A stretch of 64,000 nucleotides of DNA from Eledone cirrhosa (GCA_964016885.1 OZ024742.1:224564001-224628000), one strand, 5' to 3'; counted from the first letter of the stretch, positions 46,080 to 62,844 are shown. The notes: generated by a model from the letters alone, not told the origin. Numbers and translations: made by a program.

Positions 46080-46168
46080 GGTGTATATATATATATATAT
46101 AAATATATATATATATATGTATATATTTATATATATATATATGTATATATTTATATATATACATATAC

Positions 46169-46211
<43 letters not shown>

Positions 46212-46251
46212 CACTTGTTGAAATATCACAAATACATGAACATAGCGCTGA

Positions 46252-46373
<122 letters not shown>

Positions 46374-46601
46374 CGAATTGTGGTAAGGAACCAGGTGGAC
46401 CATAACGCACCAGAGTACTCAATACATAGGGTAGTAAAGTGGGACATAGAGTGGGTAGTAGAGTCCAGAAATAGCCGTCGAAACGGCTTGAGCTCTGCCG
46501 TCGGGGTCATACTTTTTCCTATATATATATAACATACATATATATATTTCAAGAAGAAACAAGATGCACATACAGTCTCATTAGTCTGAGTATACATATA
46601 T

Positions 46602-46680
<79 letters not shown>

Positions 46681-47115
46681 TGTGCGTGTGTGTGTGTTGA
46701 ATGTGTGTGTGGATGTGTGCGTCTGTGTATATATCAGTGTGTTTGATTGCGAGCGTTTATTTTGAATGTATGTACAATACACATGGTTCAATATATATGC
46801 ATGTACTTTTAATATATTTATATTCATATATTCAAAATATATATTCTATCGGGCGTATATATGTGCGTGCGTGCAAATGCGGTTGTTTAATTTGCATGTA
46901 TGTATATATTTTGTAAGCTTCAATATTTACCTGCGTCTATATACATGTTTATATTTATACGTATTTTTCCTGAGTATATATTCCCTACTTGTCTTCTGGA
47001 GGAGTGTATATATGAGTTTTATCTGTGCGTGTGTTCAATTTGTATATATGAAGAAATACTCATGTATTTATACATATTTACAGTTGTACGGAGATTGTGA
47101 AATACATACACATAT

Positions 47116-47151
<36 letters not shown>

Positions 47152-47482
47152 TCTGGGTGTATATGTGCATCTGTCTATCTGTGTGACTGTGTGCGCTGGT
47201 GTTGAATGTGCATGGGTGTATAAATAGATATCCTTGTATAAACATTTTTATACATGTTTATATTCTGACGGAGTTTCCTTCGTATATATTCAGTACATAT
47301 CTTCTGCCGGAGGGTATATATAGAAGTGTGTGTGTGAGTGTGTGTGAGTGTGTGTGTGCACGCGCGCGAGTATATAATTTGAAAGAGATCGTAAGCTTCC
47401 GGTGACTTAACTCGGCACCCGTTTCTTTACGTAGTTATTTACTCATTTATCATATGATCTTATGTCGAAAGATAAGACTTTT

Positions 47483-47574
<92 letters not shown>

Positions 47575-47680
47575 ACACACACACATATATATATATATAA
47601 ATACACACACACATATATATATATACATATATATACATAAATATATATATACATATACATATATGTATATATATATATAT

Positions 47681-47722
<42 letters not shown>

Positions 47723-47724
47723 GC

Positions 47725-47796
<72 letters not shown>

Positions 47797-47849
47797 GTGT
47801 GTGTATGCGCGCGTGTGTGCGTGTGCATATGTATGTATATATATATAAA

Positions 47850-47896
<47 letters not shown>

Positions 47897-48619
47897 GCGT
47901 GTATGAGAGAGAGAGAGAGAGACGAGAGAGAGGGAGAGAAAGAGATTTATCCTTTTGATACCAAAACGCCTGAAGCCTTGCTGTTCTACGATACAAAACT
48001 GTTTATTTATCTAAACATTTTTTAACATAATTACAAGATGCTTTGTTATGTTCCAAACACCAACTTAATGAGAAAGTTAGTTATAATACTAAATCCCTTT
48101 AAATTTTTGATTATTTTCAAAATGATTCGAAAATAGTCTGCAGTAACAATTATTAAAAATGTAGTAACGAAATGGTTATAGTATTCATATTTATGTAGAA
48201 AAAATCCTTCCAACATAATTTTCATTGTAGCAAGCATTGTTAAGTTATGTACCAAACAACAGGTTAATAATGAGAAAATTAGATATACTACTAAATCTGA
48301 GCAAATTCCAGTATTTTGAAAATCATATGCATTACCTATTATTAGTAATATGTTGATGAAGAGGATAATGCGCCCAAAATGTGGGTCCTTTCGAAAATGA
48401 ACGCATCGTAAAATAATTAAGGGCGCGGTTACGTGATACCCGTGCATTACACATTTTGTGGTAGGCAAGAATATATGTGAGAGCGTTCTGACACGACCTA
48501 ACCACTGATTTCCCACCTATGTTTGTTATGGGTAACCGTATATGTTTTTAATGTTATATAGTTATAAAACTAGAGAGCTCCCCTTGCCAAATTTCACTGT
48601 GATTTACATGCAAACGAGG

Positions 48620-48661
<42 letters not shown>

Positions 48662-48689
48662 GCATGTATATTTATATATATATATATAT

Positions 48690-49070
<381 letters not shown>

Positions 49071-49430
49071 ATATACCACATATACATATATATTTTATAT
49101 ATATATATACGTGTATATTTTATAAACTCGTTCTATTTCGCCTTCTCTATCTCTCTCATTCTATCTTTAGATGAAGGACCAATGACCGAATCTTTAAGAG
49201 TATTTTTCTACTCTATCAAACGTACACATCACCAATGAGTTGTACTAGCCTCCCGTGATGTTTCTCTCCGATGACTATTCTCATATATATATATATGAGA
49301 ATAGTCATCTAATATATGATTCCAGTTCCTCAGTGAAATAACAACCCAACCAGGAACTGGGCATATCAGAGTATTGACAAAGTTATACATCTCAACAACA
49401 TGTGTACTCGTCTCTACCACACTAATTCGG

Positions 49431-49485
49431 ACTGCCTGAAGAGGTCACAGCCAAAGATGGCTGTCACCGAAATATATATAGCAGT
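49431..49485 (+). ncRNA. Minimal type-I hammerhead ribozyme motif, intact core
   Basis: ACTGC-CTGAAGA-[GGT c ACAGCCA aaga TGGCTGT c ACC]-GAAA-TATATA-TA-GCAGT, then AATAAA: helix I ACTGC/GCAGT and a palindromic loop III. Confidence 0.85.
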
Positions 49486-49628
49486 AATAAACGAAGCTAA
49501 ATTTTAAACATTTGACTTTTTATTTAACTTTATTTTACATTACTCCGGAGTAACCAAACCAACCTGCGCACTTCGTCGAGTGCTCCAGCCTGCATACTGA
49601 GGTGTTGGTATACAACCAACATATACTC

Positions 49629-49848
<220 letters not shown>

Positions 49849-49998
49849 TATATATATATAGGCCGAAACCGCGGTCAGGATTTTACACATATATTCAGAA
49901 GATCCTGTAATAGGGTGAAACAGAAATTCTTTTCTTAAACTTTAATCTGTATTAATAATAAATATTTGCTCTACAGGTTTATATATACTTTATTATTA

Positions 49999-50078
<80 letters not shown>

Positions 50079-50817
50079 CGTTCCATGGACTGAGTGCTCT
50101 ACCACTACGGATATTACCTTCTAGTGTTCTACCTTTCTCTCTATATATATATATATTCTATATATACGGTTATTGGGCTTTTATATTTCTCGTAGGTTTT
50201 CACCCGTGTGTGGGTGGGTCTACTCTAAATATTTTCTTGTTTTACATAAGAAATATTAAGGCGGCGAATTGGCAGAGTGGTTCGGGCATCGGATTAAATA
50301 CCTCGGTACTTGTTGCGGCTCAAAATCTGTTGATGTCAGCTTTGCCTTTTATCCTATCGAAGTCAATAAATAATGTACAAGTCTAATACTGGGGCCGATT
50401 ATTCATCAATTTCTCTTTATCACTTTCACTCTTTCTCCTTCTGGGGAAGAAATCGTCTGTGTTTAGACCCGGAGATGGATGGGCTCAAACAAGTTTAAAA
50501 TACCCGAACCGTGTGCCATGAAGACGCCCCTATGATTCCGCCAGGCACTTAAGGCCCTTTCCTTTCTTATAATATGATATTACATCTTGTTATAGTTATT
50601 GTTTTATAATGTATATTTGTTTTTTTCAATTTCATGTAATCAACATGAACATCTATATCTGGTTAGAAAAAAAAAAAAAATAATAATAATAAATAAATAA
50701 AATTTATTGCATATTGTTCATCAAGCAAAAATGATCACTCTGGTTTTATATATATATATATATATATTTATACATATATATATATATATTTATATATATA
50801 TATATATACATATATAT

Positions 50818-50900
<83 letters not shown>

Positions 50901-50905
50901 CATAC

Positions 50906-50940
<35 letters not shown>

Positions 50941-50951
50941 CATATACATAC

Positions 50952-50982
<31 letters not shown>

Positions 50983-50995
50983 CATATATATATAC

Positions 50996-51082
<87 letters not shown>

Positions 51083-51231
51083 TATATACATATATATATA
51101 AGTTTATCCCGGGTTCAATCGGGGGTAACCACAGTAAGTAAGGTACTCAATACAAATCAGAGTATAAATATTTCTCCCGAATGAAACAGTTCTAGTCCTC
51201 GAATGAAACAGTTCTAGTCCTGTAGAAACCT

Positions 51232-51277
<46 letters not shown>

Positions 51278-51318
51278 GATATTAAACGAATGGAAACTAT
51301 ATTTATAAAACCATATTT

Positions 51319-51382
51319 ATTTCATTATACATATTTCAGGGATACCATATTAAAAATATGGCATGCCTTCGTCAGATAAAAT
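51319..51382 (-). ncRNA. Hammerhead motif, inverted twin of 51500-51563
   Basis: Reverse complement of the same motif. Confidence 0.85.
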
Positions 51383-51499
51383 ACAATATATAAACAGTTT
51401 TATAAATAATTTTGACGTACCATAATATAAGCGACCATTAAATTAGGAGGCTTATATTATGGTACGTCAAAATTATTTATAAAACTGTTTATATATTGT

Positions 51500-51563
51500 A
51501 TTTTATCTGACGAAGGCATGCCATATTTTTAATATGGTATCCCTGAAATATGTATAATGAAAT
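51500..51563 (+). ncRNA. Minimal type-I hammerhead ribozyme motif, intact core
   Basis: ATTTTAT-CTGACGA-[AGG c ATGCCATATT ttt AATATGGTAT c CCT]-GAAA-TATGTA-TA-ATGAAAT. Confidence 0.85.
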
Positions 51564-51692
51564 AAATATGGTTTTATAAATATAGTTTCCATTTGTTTAA
51601 TATCGTATATCTACTCCAAAAACTTGTCGAGTGCTTTATATCAGTTATAAAATATTTACTTGTTGTAACCCAACAATTTTAAATAAAACTTT

Positions 51693-51744
<52 letters not shown>

Positions 51745-51945
51745 AAAAGAGTCAGGACCCCGACGGCTGAGCTCCGGTCGTTTCGACAGCTAGATCCAAA
51801 CACTCTACTACTGTAAGTATTGAGTACTCTGGGGGCGTTATGGCCCACCTGACATCTTACCACACTCTCTTTGTTATATATATATATATATATTTGTGTG
51901 CGTGTGTGTGTGTGTGTGTGCGGTTGTGGTTTTGTGTGCGGGTGT

Positions 51946-52010
<65 letters not shown>

Positions 52011-52548
52011 ATGTGGTTTTGCGCGTGTGTGTGTATTAAAAGTTATTTTTTATAAGGATGACAGATACGAACGAATGGGAATACTTTGTGGATAGCAATT
52101 TGATATATAAAAATATAGAGAAAGGATATTAAAAGGATATTCATTGAAATGATAGCATAGACACCATAAGATATGTGTGCCATAATATCAATTGTTTCTA
52201 AATATTATCTTTATAAAATGTTGGGTTGATAATATAGAGTGCCAGTAAAGTACTGGGGTCGATATAAATCGATCCATCTAGATTGCTGCCCTTGTGGCTC
52301 TGCTAGAAACAAACAGTGTTACATGGAAGGCATTCCGTCGGATGCGACGACGAATGTTCCTGTTGATCCGATCAACGGAACAACCTGCTCAGGAAATTAA
52401 CGTGCAGGTGGCTGAGCATTCCACAAACACGTGTACCCTTAACGTAGTTCTCAAGTAGATTCGGCTTGGCACAGAATGTGACAAGGTTAGCCTTTCAATT
52501 ACAGGTACAAAATAGTGTTTATAATAACTATATATAAGTAAGGTTTAT

Positions 52549-52742
52549 AATAAAAGCTTTCGCCGTGTTTATTGACTGAAGACATTTTAGCCTGATAATG
52601 GAGTTTAAAGCCCTCTAAGAAATGGAAAAAGGTGAGTATTGACGTACATGTACGTAAATATTCATTTCTTAGAGGGTTCTAAACCCCACTATGAGGCTAA
52701 AATTTTCTTTAGTCAATAAATACGGTGAAGGCTTCTATTTTA
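52549..52742. repeat. Old imperfect palindrome (MITE-like)
   Basis: About 80-bp diverged arms, not flanked by (TA)n. Confidence 0.65.
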
Positions 52743-52770
52743 TTATATACCTATACATAATATACAAAAA

Positions 52771-52958
52771 GGGCGGTGGATTGGCAGTATCGGTAGAGGG
52801 TCGGACGCCATGCTTTCCAGCATAGTTACGTCCCTTTACGATCTGAGTTCAATCCCGCCGAGGTTGACTTTGCCTTTCATCCTTACGGGGTCGATAAAAT
52901 AAAGTACCAGTAATGCACTGGGTAATTGCTGGCCTTGTGCCTAAAGTAGAAACAATTA
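52771..52958 (+). mobile_element. SINE A, full length
   Basis: GGGCGGTGGATTGGCAG...AGAAACAATTA; TTATATACCTATACA is repeated on both flanks. Confidence 0.9.
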
Positions 52959-53159
52959 TATACCTATACAGATTTCCCATCCTAAATGTTTTTCATATTT
53001 TCTATTATGATATATCTTGTTTAAATTAATTCATGTTTTTATCCAATATTACGAGTGTGGGCTGATACATTCGTAGGATGACTATGGAAGAGTGACGCTA
53101 GCACCTGTGAAATTTTGCATACATTAATTTTAACTCTTCTTATTAATAACTAAATTGTT

Positions 53160-54125
<966 letters not shown>

Positions 54126-55079
54126 ATGTCAGTGTATATAAGCCCGTCAAATACATGTTTCCTTGTGGTTGTTTGGATGATAGTCACACTTTCTGATGAG
54201 GGTCTAACTGGGTTATAAAATAGAATAAAGGTGTTTTATCATCTTTTTCAATTTACAGGGAAATCCGTATTTTCTGGCATGTTTACATTCCTACATATTA
54301 GATATGTATATATTTATATTCACATTGGTGCAATCTCGGTTAGCTTCTATGTATTTATACAGGCATAACTTCGGCTGCTAGCTTACTTCTTATATATATT
54401 TGTATATATGTATGTGTATAAATAATTATTATGTATATCTTATGTTAGTTATCGTGATTTATAATAATATTTCGATTTTTTTTTTAATAGAAATAAATTC
54501 ATCCGTCTAATCCAGAAGTTCTTAAGCTTTTTAGGCCATCGCCTCACTCACTGCCACATAATACCATCAGCGCCCCCACCCCTATTTCCAGAGAGAGCTG
54601 CCTAAACACGACTGTAAACAATATATAATAAATAAAATCGTTAATTTATATATAATAAATAATATAATATATATTATGTATAAATAAATATTATATATTT
54701 TTTATTTTAATATATTTATATATATGTATCATTTGATATTTAATATACTTTTATATCATCTCTTCCGCCCCTCCACCAACCCCGTAGCCCCCCCCCCCCC
54801 CGAAAAGTCCAACTTTCTCACATATTGTGTCATATTGACTCTCCCTGAAAATTGTGTTACATGTACATGTGACCGTGGAAAACTGAGTCACTTACATTAT
54901 TATACCACAAGATGAATTGTAACTGTAATTCAAAAGACCAGCTTCTGATCAGCAAATAAAGTGTTCTGGCAGAGCAACCACTTAGTAATAAGAAGGCATC
55001 CCCCATACCTGCTATCGTGGAAGCGACTGAGGTTCTCCTCTCTCCAGTGAGGTGCATCCTCGCGAGATAGAGAGAATAC

Positions 55080-56460
55080 TTTGCTGATCTCAAAACCGGT
55101 CAAAACAGCATCTTCTAATGTGAACGAGGCGCATCTGGGAGCAATGACTAATCTCACGGAGACTGAGGTCACAAGAGCAATTAAAGAGCTCAAATGTGGC
55201 AAGGCCGCTGGGGAATATGAAATTCGGCCCGAGATGTTAAAAGCCTTATATAGAGAAGGTACTTTCTGGCTGGCTCGTATTCGCTGGGTGGCCTGGATGT
55301 CTGAAAAGGTACATAAGCAATGACAATCGGGAGTGATAATACCCAATTGTCAAAAAATGAGACAAGAGAAATTGCTCCAATTCTAGAGGAATCTCCTTGT
55401 CAAGCCTCTCCTTTAAAGTCTAAGTTCTAAGTGTCTAGCAAAGAATTATAGGAAAATTGTCAAGTCCAAGCTAGCTGATGAACAGTGTGGTTTCGCTCCG
55501 GACGCACCTTAGCCGACCAATTATTTACAATGCAGCAGGTCTCTGAGAAATCGAAGGAGTACCGTATGCTTGCTTCGTAGACCTCGAGAAGATATACGAC
55601 CGCATTTCACGGGACCTACTGTAGAAGATTCTGCAGGAGTATGGGATCGATGGACGGCTTTTTATTGCTCTAGTATTTGTGTTCGGATAAATGGTGCTAA
55701 ATCGAAACCATTCAATGTGAGAATCTAACTCCATTAAGAGTGCATACTGTCACCTCTCCTGTTCATAATCTTTATGAACAGGATTGACATGCGCAGCTGG
55801 GCTGGAAGTGGTATCACGTCAGGTGGGTGTAGGATCAGTTGGCTGGAATTTGCAGACGACATGGTATTACTTAACTCGCCAAAAGGTGATCACCGACATG
55901 CATTTAATAGCTTTGATTCCGGGTGTTGCACAGCTTAAATGGAAGTCAGTGCTGCGAAGACTGAGGCACTCATCCTCTGAAGGAAGCCTATGCAGTACAC
56001 TCTTCATGTGAGCGGAATTCCACTGAAGTAGGTGGAGAAGTTCAAGTATCCCAAACGGTGTCCATGAGTGGTGGATGTAGGGGGTTGATTAAAGTGCAAG
56101 AATTGAACGAGTTAATGCAGTAATGCTTCAACTTCAACATTCGGTAATCATAAAAGGGTAGGTGTAAAAGCCAACATCAATTCGGCATTCGTGCCAACCC
56201 TTACCTATGGTCATGAAGCTTAGGTAATGACCAAAAGAACACTATCGCGAATAAAAGCGGCCGAAATGGGGTTCAGACACGCGCTCCAGTTAGATGCGCT
56301 ACTTCTCAAAATTGTCGCTGGAATGTCTCAGGAAAGAATCGCTGAACGGAGTTTAAGGGATAAACTAAACCGCAGCTTGGGGGTCCAGTCGGATCAAATG
56401 CAGTCGGCTGTTTCTGATAGGAACGAGTGTTTGAGGACTCTGCCCACACGACATTGCATC
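55080..56460 (+). pseudogene. Decayed RTE-clade LINE reverse transcriptase
   Basis: EVTRAIKELKCGKAAGEYEIRPEMLK, DEQCGF, YACFVDLEK.YDR, LSPLLFIIFM, EFADDMVL, VEKFKY and IKAAEMGF motifs with many stops and frameshifts. Confidence 0.85.
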
Positions 56461-56689
56461 TAGTCAGCACACACCCATAGTTTACATCTAGATACACAAG
56501 GTCCTCAATAAAAATCTATAGTAGGAATTGAACCAGAACCAACTATAGTAGGAATTGAACATTTGTATTCGGGTAACAAAAGACATTATATCAACTCCCC
56601 CAACACCCAAAGTAAACTACTGGCCTTGTGCTTAAATTAGAGACAATATTTATATCATAATAGATTTGACTTAATTCAGTAATGTTATT

Positions 56690-56855
56690 GAGGGTCGGAC
56701 GCCATGCTTTCCAGCATAGTTACGTCCCTTTACGATCCGAGTTCAAATCCCGCCGAGGTTGACTTTGCCTTTCATCCTTACGGGTCGATAAAATAAAGTA
56801 CCAGTAATGCACTGGGTAATTGCTGGCCTTGTGCCTAAAGTAGAAACAGTTATTA
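56690..56855 (+). mobile_element. SINE A (slightly 5'-truncated)
   Basis: Direct match to the consensus. Confidence 0.88.
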
Positions 56856-57344
56856 CATCCCCACCAGTGTTAAAGTGATACTACATGTATGTGTGAAGTA
56901 TGTATGTATGTATGTATGAATGTATGTATGTGTGAAGTATGTATGTATGAATGTATGTATGTATGTATGTATGTATGAATGTATGTATGTGTGAAGTATG
57001 TATGTATGAATGTATGTATGTATGTATGTGTGTATGTATGTATGTATGTATGTATATGTGAAGTATGTATGTATGTATGAATGTATGTATGAATGGATGG
57101 ATGGGTTAATGGATGCATGTATGTATGTATTTGCCTGTATGTATTTATGTATATTTTAAAAATTATATATATGTATGTGTATATTTTAATATTTTTATGT
57201 GTATGTATGTATGCATATTAATATATATATATCTGTGTGTGTATGTATATCATATATATATATTTATATTCATATGTATGAATATTAAATATTCATATAT
57301 ATGTGTATGTATATTTTTATATTCATATGCATATATATTTTATA

Positions 57345-57392
<48 letters not shown>

Positions 57393-57395
57393 TAT

Positions 57396-57492
<97 letters not shown>

Positions 57493-57732
57493 CATACATA
57501 TATATGCTACCTCCTGTATTTGAATGAAACATTTAAATCAGTTAAATAATGTATCAATACAAACTTGATGATTATTTATTCATATATATATTATATACAT
57601 ACACTTGAACAGCAATTCTTATAAATATTGCTTGTAGAGATAATCAAAGTGTATATACATTCTTTTGGGACACCCTGTACATATATGTATATATATATAT
57701 AAATATATTTATATATATAGATATATAAATAT

Positions 57733-57833
<101 letters not shown>

Positions 57834-57876
57834 TACATATATACATATATATATATAAATATATTTATATATATAC

Positions 57877-57949
<73 letters not shown>

Positions 57950-57996
57950 CATATATACATATATACATATATATATAACCTATATATATATGTATG

Positions 57997-58046
<50 letters not shown>

Positions 58047-58141
58047 ATTCAATATATTTAATACTTATTTAATTTAACAAAATGTTTCATTCAAATACAG
58101 AAGTGGGTACCATATAATTCCTCTTTAGAGAAGTAGTCACA

Positions 58142-58217
<76 letters not shown>

Positions 58218-58321
58218 TTATATAAAAATATGAAAATATGCATACATATATAAATATATAAATATAAAAAAATACAAACATACATACATACATATGTATA
58301 TATGTATGTATATATATATAA

Positions 58322-58376
<55 letters not shown>

Positions 58377-58524
58377 TACATATACATATTTATACATATA
58401 TATTTATTTGTGTGTGTAATGTATTGCATAAATAAATCATATATATCTGTATGTATATATGCATGGATATGTGCATATATTTATACATTATATATATATT
58501 TATTTACATATATATAAATGGATG

Positions 58525-58626
<102 letters not shown>

Positions 58627-58636
58627 ATATATATAA

Positions 58637-58716
<80 letters not shown>

Positions 58717-58878
58717 CATATATATAGAGAGAGAGAGAGCGAGAAAGAGAGACATACATATATATATATATAAATATATATACATACATACATACACAAA
58801 TATATTTATGTATATATAGATACATATTCCTTCTCTATACAGTACCGATTGTGTTTATATTTCTAGTTACCTTTTACA

Positions 58879-58961
<83 letters not shown>

Positions 58962-59307
58962 CATGAATATATGTGTGTACGTGTGTATTTATTTTATGTA
59001 TATATACATATATATACGTATACATTTTCAAATTTACAAACACTAAAATTCTAAATATACAAGAATTCGCTATGTAAATCGAAACGTTTCGCTGTATGTA
59101 TATGTATATATACATAAAAATACACGTATTCGCATATATACACAGGGTATATTTTAAGATATCATCATTGTACTTTTGCCTTTCATCCTTATGGGGTTGA
59201 TAAAATAAAATACAGTAATGTACTGGGTAATTGCTGGCCTTGTGCCTAAAGTGGAAACAATCATTGTACTGTGTCTTTTGCTGAATTATTTTCTGTTTAC
59301 CCTTTCG

Positions 59308-59349
<42 letters not shown>

Positions 59350-59413
59350 TACATATATATGTATATATATGTATATATATGTGTGTGTGTATAAATATAA
59401 ACATATAAATAAA

Positions 59414-59455
<42 letters not shown>

Positions 59456-59877
59456 TGTGTGTGTAGATGAATAGATAGATAGAGCGAGATATATGCATAG
59501 ATATATACATACATGCATAGATACATACATACATGTAAACATACATACATACATATGTACGTACATGTATACGTATCTGTTTACTGATTATTTTAACATA
59601 ATCATCGAAATAACAAGTTAACAAGACACACACACGAACATTCACGCATGCATACATAGATACACACATGCACATATATACACGCATATATATATATACA
59701 CAAATACATTTGTGTGTACGTATATGTGTGTATATATATATATATATACTCATAGACCCCCCAGCCCCACCCTACCACACACACTAACTATCAATTATAA
59801 TGATAGGAATCAGTTGAGTCTCAACAAGTTATGCAAACATACTCGCGCGCATGTACAAACATATATAAATATATATG

Positions 59878-59934
<57 letters not shown>

Positions 59935-60023
59935 TTGTGTTATATATATATATATATTATGATTGTAATCTCTTAAATCATTTCTGTTATGTATGTGTGT
60001 AATATATATGTGTGTGTATGTTG

Positions 60024-60058
<35 letters not shown>

Positions 60059-60148
60059 GTGTGTATGTGTGTTTATATATATACATATACATATATATAT
60101 ATAATGGTTTCTGTGAGAAAATTAAATCACTTTCAACAAGTTATGACG

Positions 60149-60242
<94 letters not shown>

Positions 60243-60308
60243 ATATATATTACATACATGCATGAATATTCCCACATAAATACATGAATATATTCATACA
60301 TACATACA

Positions 60309-60339
<31 letters not shown>

Positions 60340-60639
60340 TTACATACACACACACACACACACACACACATTCATATATACATACATACATAAGTACATA
60401 AGTACATAAATACATACATACATACATACATACATACATACATACATACATACATACAAAAATAGATAAGATAAAGCCAGAAGAACATACATACAATATA
60501 TAAATATATATTACTGAGTAAATCGTTGTATATCTTTACCATCACCATCACCAGCAGCAATAGTACCAACATCAATAGTAGTAGCAGTGATACCTGTAAT
60601 ACAAGCAGGTTCCAATAGGCCCCCAGTAGTAGCACTTAC

Positions 60640-60702
60640 CTGTGTAGATGATATGGAGTTGTTTGTTGAAGGGTAGGTATATCCGAATTGGGGATAGGAC
60701 AT
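60640..60702 (-). CDS. Irx: First coding exon of an Iroquois-class (TALE) homeobox gene; remaining exons not seen in the window
   Basis: ATG at 60702-60700 opens MSYPQFGYTYPSTNNSISSTQ, followed directly by a canonical CAG|GTAAGT donor (ACTTAC at 60634-60639 on +; phase 0). MSYPQFGY in a short first exon ending in Q matches the Irx4-type N-terminus as I recall it. The homeodomain is not in the window, so the paralog cannot be assigned. Confidence 0.8.
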
Positions 60703-61124
60703 AGTATTTTCCTCCGTTTAACGCAATCACTCTGCGCCACTACGCAGGTGGATATGTGTGTGTGTGTTTGTGTGTGCCCAGCTCTAAACAGGAAGGCGTT
60801 TCTCTCTCGCGTGCTCTCTCTCTCTCACTCTCTCTCGTACTCTCACGCCCACTCTCTCACTTTATCTTTTACTCACTCTCACACTATCTCGTTCTAACAC
60901 ATAGACACACACTCTCTCTCTCTCTCTCTCGCTCGCTCTCTCTCTCCCCTCTCTCTCTCTCGTTCTGTCTTTCTGTTGCTGGCGGCGGCAGTGGCGGACC
61001 AGCCACAGCCGTTGGGTTTTTTTTAATGTTTTTGTTATTATTCTTATTGTTTTGGTGGTGTGTTGTGTATCCTTTATTTTTTTTTTTTGTTTATTTATCG
61101 TCCATTGTTATATATACATATGTA

Positions 61125-61191
<67 letters not shown>

Positions 61192-61265
61192 AATGTTACT
61201 AGTTTGAATTATCTCTGCCTTACCCGTGGTATCATGGACGTAAATACGTAAAGGCGTCGAACTCC

Positions 61266-61351
<86 letters not shown>

Positions 61352-62100
61352 TAGATAGATAGATAGATAGATATGGGTGTATGTGTGTATGTGTGTTTAT
61401 ATAAATTCAAAAATTTTCGCTTTTGTTTTTGTTATTGCCGCAACCAACAGAAACCGCCACCAACACCACCACCACCACCACCGCCACCACCACCACCACC
61501 ACCACGGACATCTCCCTCTTACAGACGTTTAAATTTCACTGTGTTTTTTTTTTTTTTTTAAACTTGTTGTTACTGTTGTCGTCGTTGTTATTGTTGATTT
61601 CGTTGTTGCTGTTATTGTTGTTGTTTCCTATATTCTTCTACAGTATTTTCATTGCTGTAGGTTTTAGTCATAGACTATGGCCATGCTAGGGCACCGCTGT
61701 GTTGTTAGTTAGTTTTTTTTTTGTTTTTTTTTGTTTTTTGAAATTTGATTATTATTTTTTTTAATAGTTCTTCCGGACTTCTACCATTGCTTCGTTGCCG
61801 TTGTTGGTGTTGCTGTTGTTATTGTCGTCGTCGTCGTTGTTGCTGTTGTTGCTGTTGTTGTTGTTGTTTGTTCGTCGTTATTCTGTGTATATCCATGTCT
61901 GTTTGTTTTTAAGAGCGACAGCAGTGACAGTAAGATAGAGAAAGGGAGAAAGGGAGTGGGAGAAAGATAAGAGAATAAGATAGAGAGGAGAGAAGGGGAG
62001 GTAGGAGTGAGAGATAATAAGAAAATAAGAGAGAGGGGGATGAGATAGGGATTTGTTGATTATTTTTGTTAATGGGTTATTTATGTTTTTATATTTTTCT
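60703..62100 (-). promoter_or_regulatory. Putative 5' UTR and promoter region of the Irx-like gene
   Basis: Lies upstream of the ATG. Contains GC-richer unique patches (60703-60810, 60975-61015), GA/CT tracts, CCA/GTT triplet runs and no recognisable SINE. The TSS cannot be placed from sequence. Confidence 0.35.
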
Positions 62101-62161
62101 TAATGAATTGTCATTCATAGAACTTATTTCAGGGGTTTCTATAGTAACTGATGCGCTCTCG

Positions 62162-62248
<87 letters not shown>

Positions 62249-62331
62249 GGTGTGTGTGTGTGTATCTACGTATGTATGTGTGAGTGTATATACATTTGGA
62301 TTTATATATATATATATGTATGTATGTGTAG

Positions 62332-62388
<57 letters not shown>

Positions 62389-62844
62389 AGTGTGTATCTA
62401 CGTATATATGTATGTGTGGGTAATTATATATATATGTGTGTATGTGTGTGTGTGTGTTTATGATGGTCTAACCATGCCAATATACATATATCACTCTCTA
62501 TGTATATATCAGTATGAATTTATTTATGTATATAATCATATTTATTTATGTATATAATCATATGTATATAATCATATTTATTTATGTATATAATCATATA
62601 TATATAATCATATTTATTTATGTATATAATCATATATATATAATCATATACGTATATATGTATATATAATCAATTATATAATCATATACGTATATATAAA
62701 TGAAACAATGTTGTTACAGTGGTTGATGATGCTGTTGTGATTTGCCAATGACGACTTTAGGCAACTTTACACCGTGGCACTTTCATTTGGAAAGAATAAT
62801 TCTCCTTCGTAAACAAGTATCAGTTATTTTATTATTATTCAAAA

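Larger units (their letters stand above)
51272..51610. repeat. Near-perfect palindrome (~160-bp arms, 17-nt loop) with twin hammerheads
   Basis: 51272-51432 versus 51450-51610; related copies at 31678-31925 and a fragment at 45980-46040. Confidence 0.95.

Noticed and set aside
48046-48516. 156-aa minus-strand ORF
   Set aside because: Non-ATG start, AT-rich F/I/L-biased composition and no recognisable domain.
60511-60639. Continuation of the MSYPQFGY ORF (VSATTGGLL...)
   Set aside because: It reads through a consensus GTAAGT donor into low-complexity sequence and is most likely intronic.
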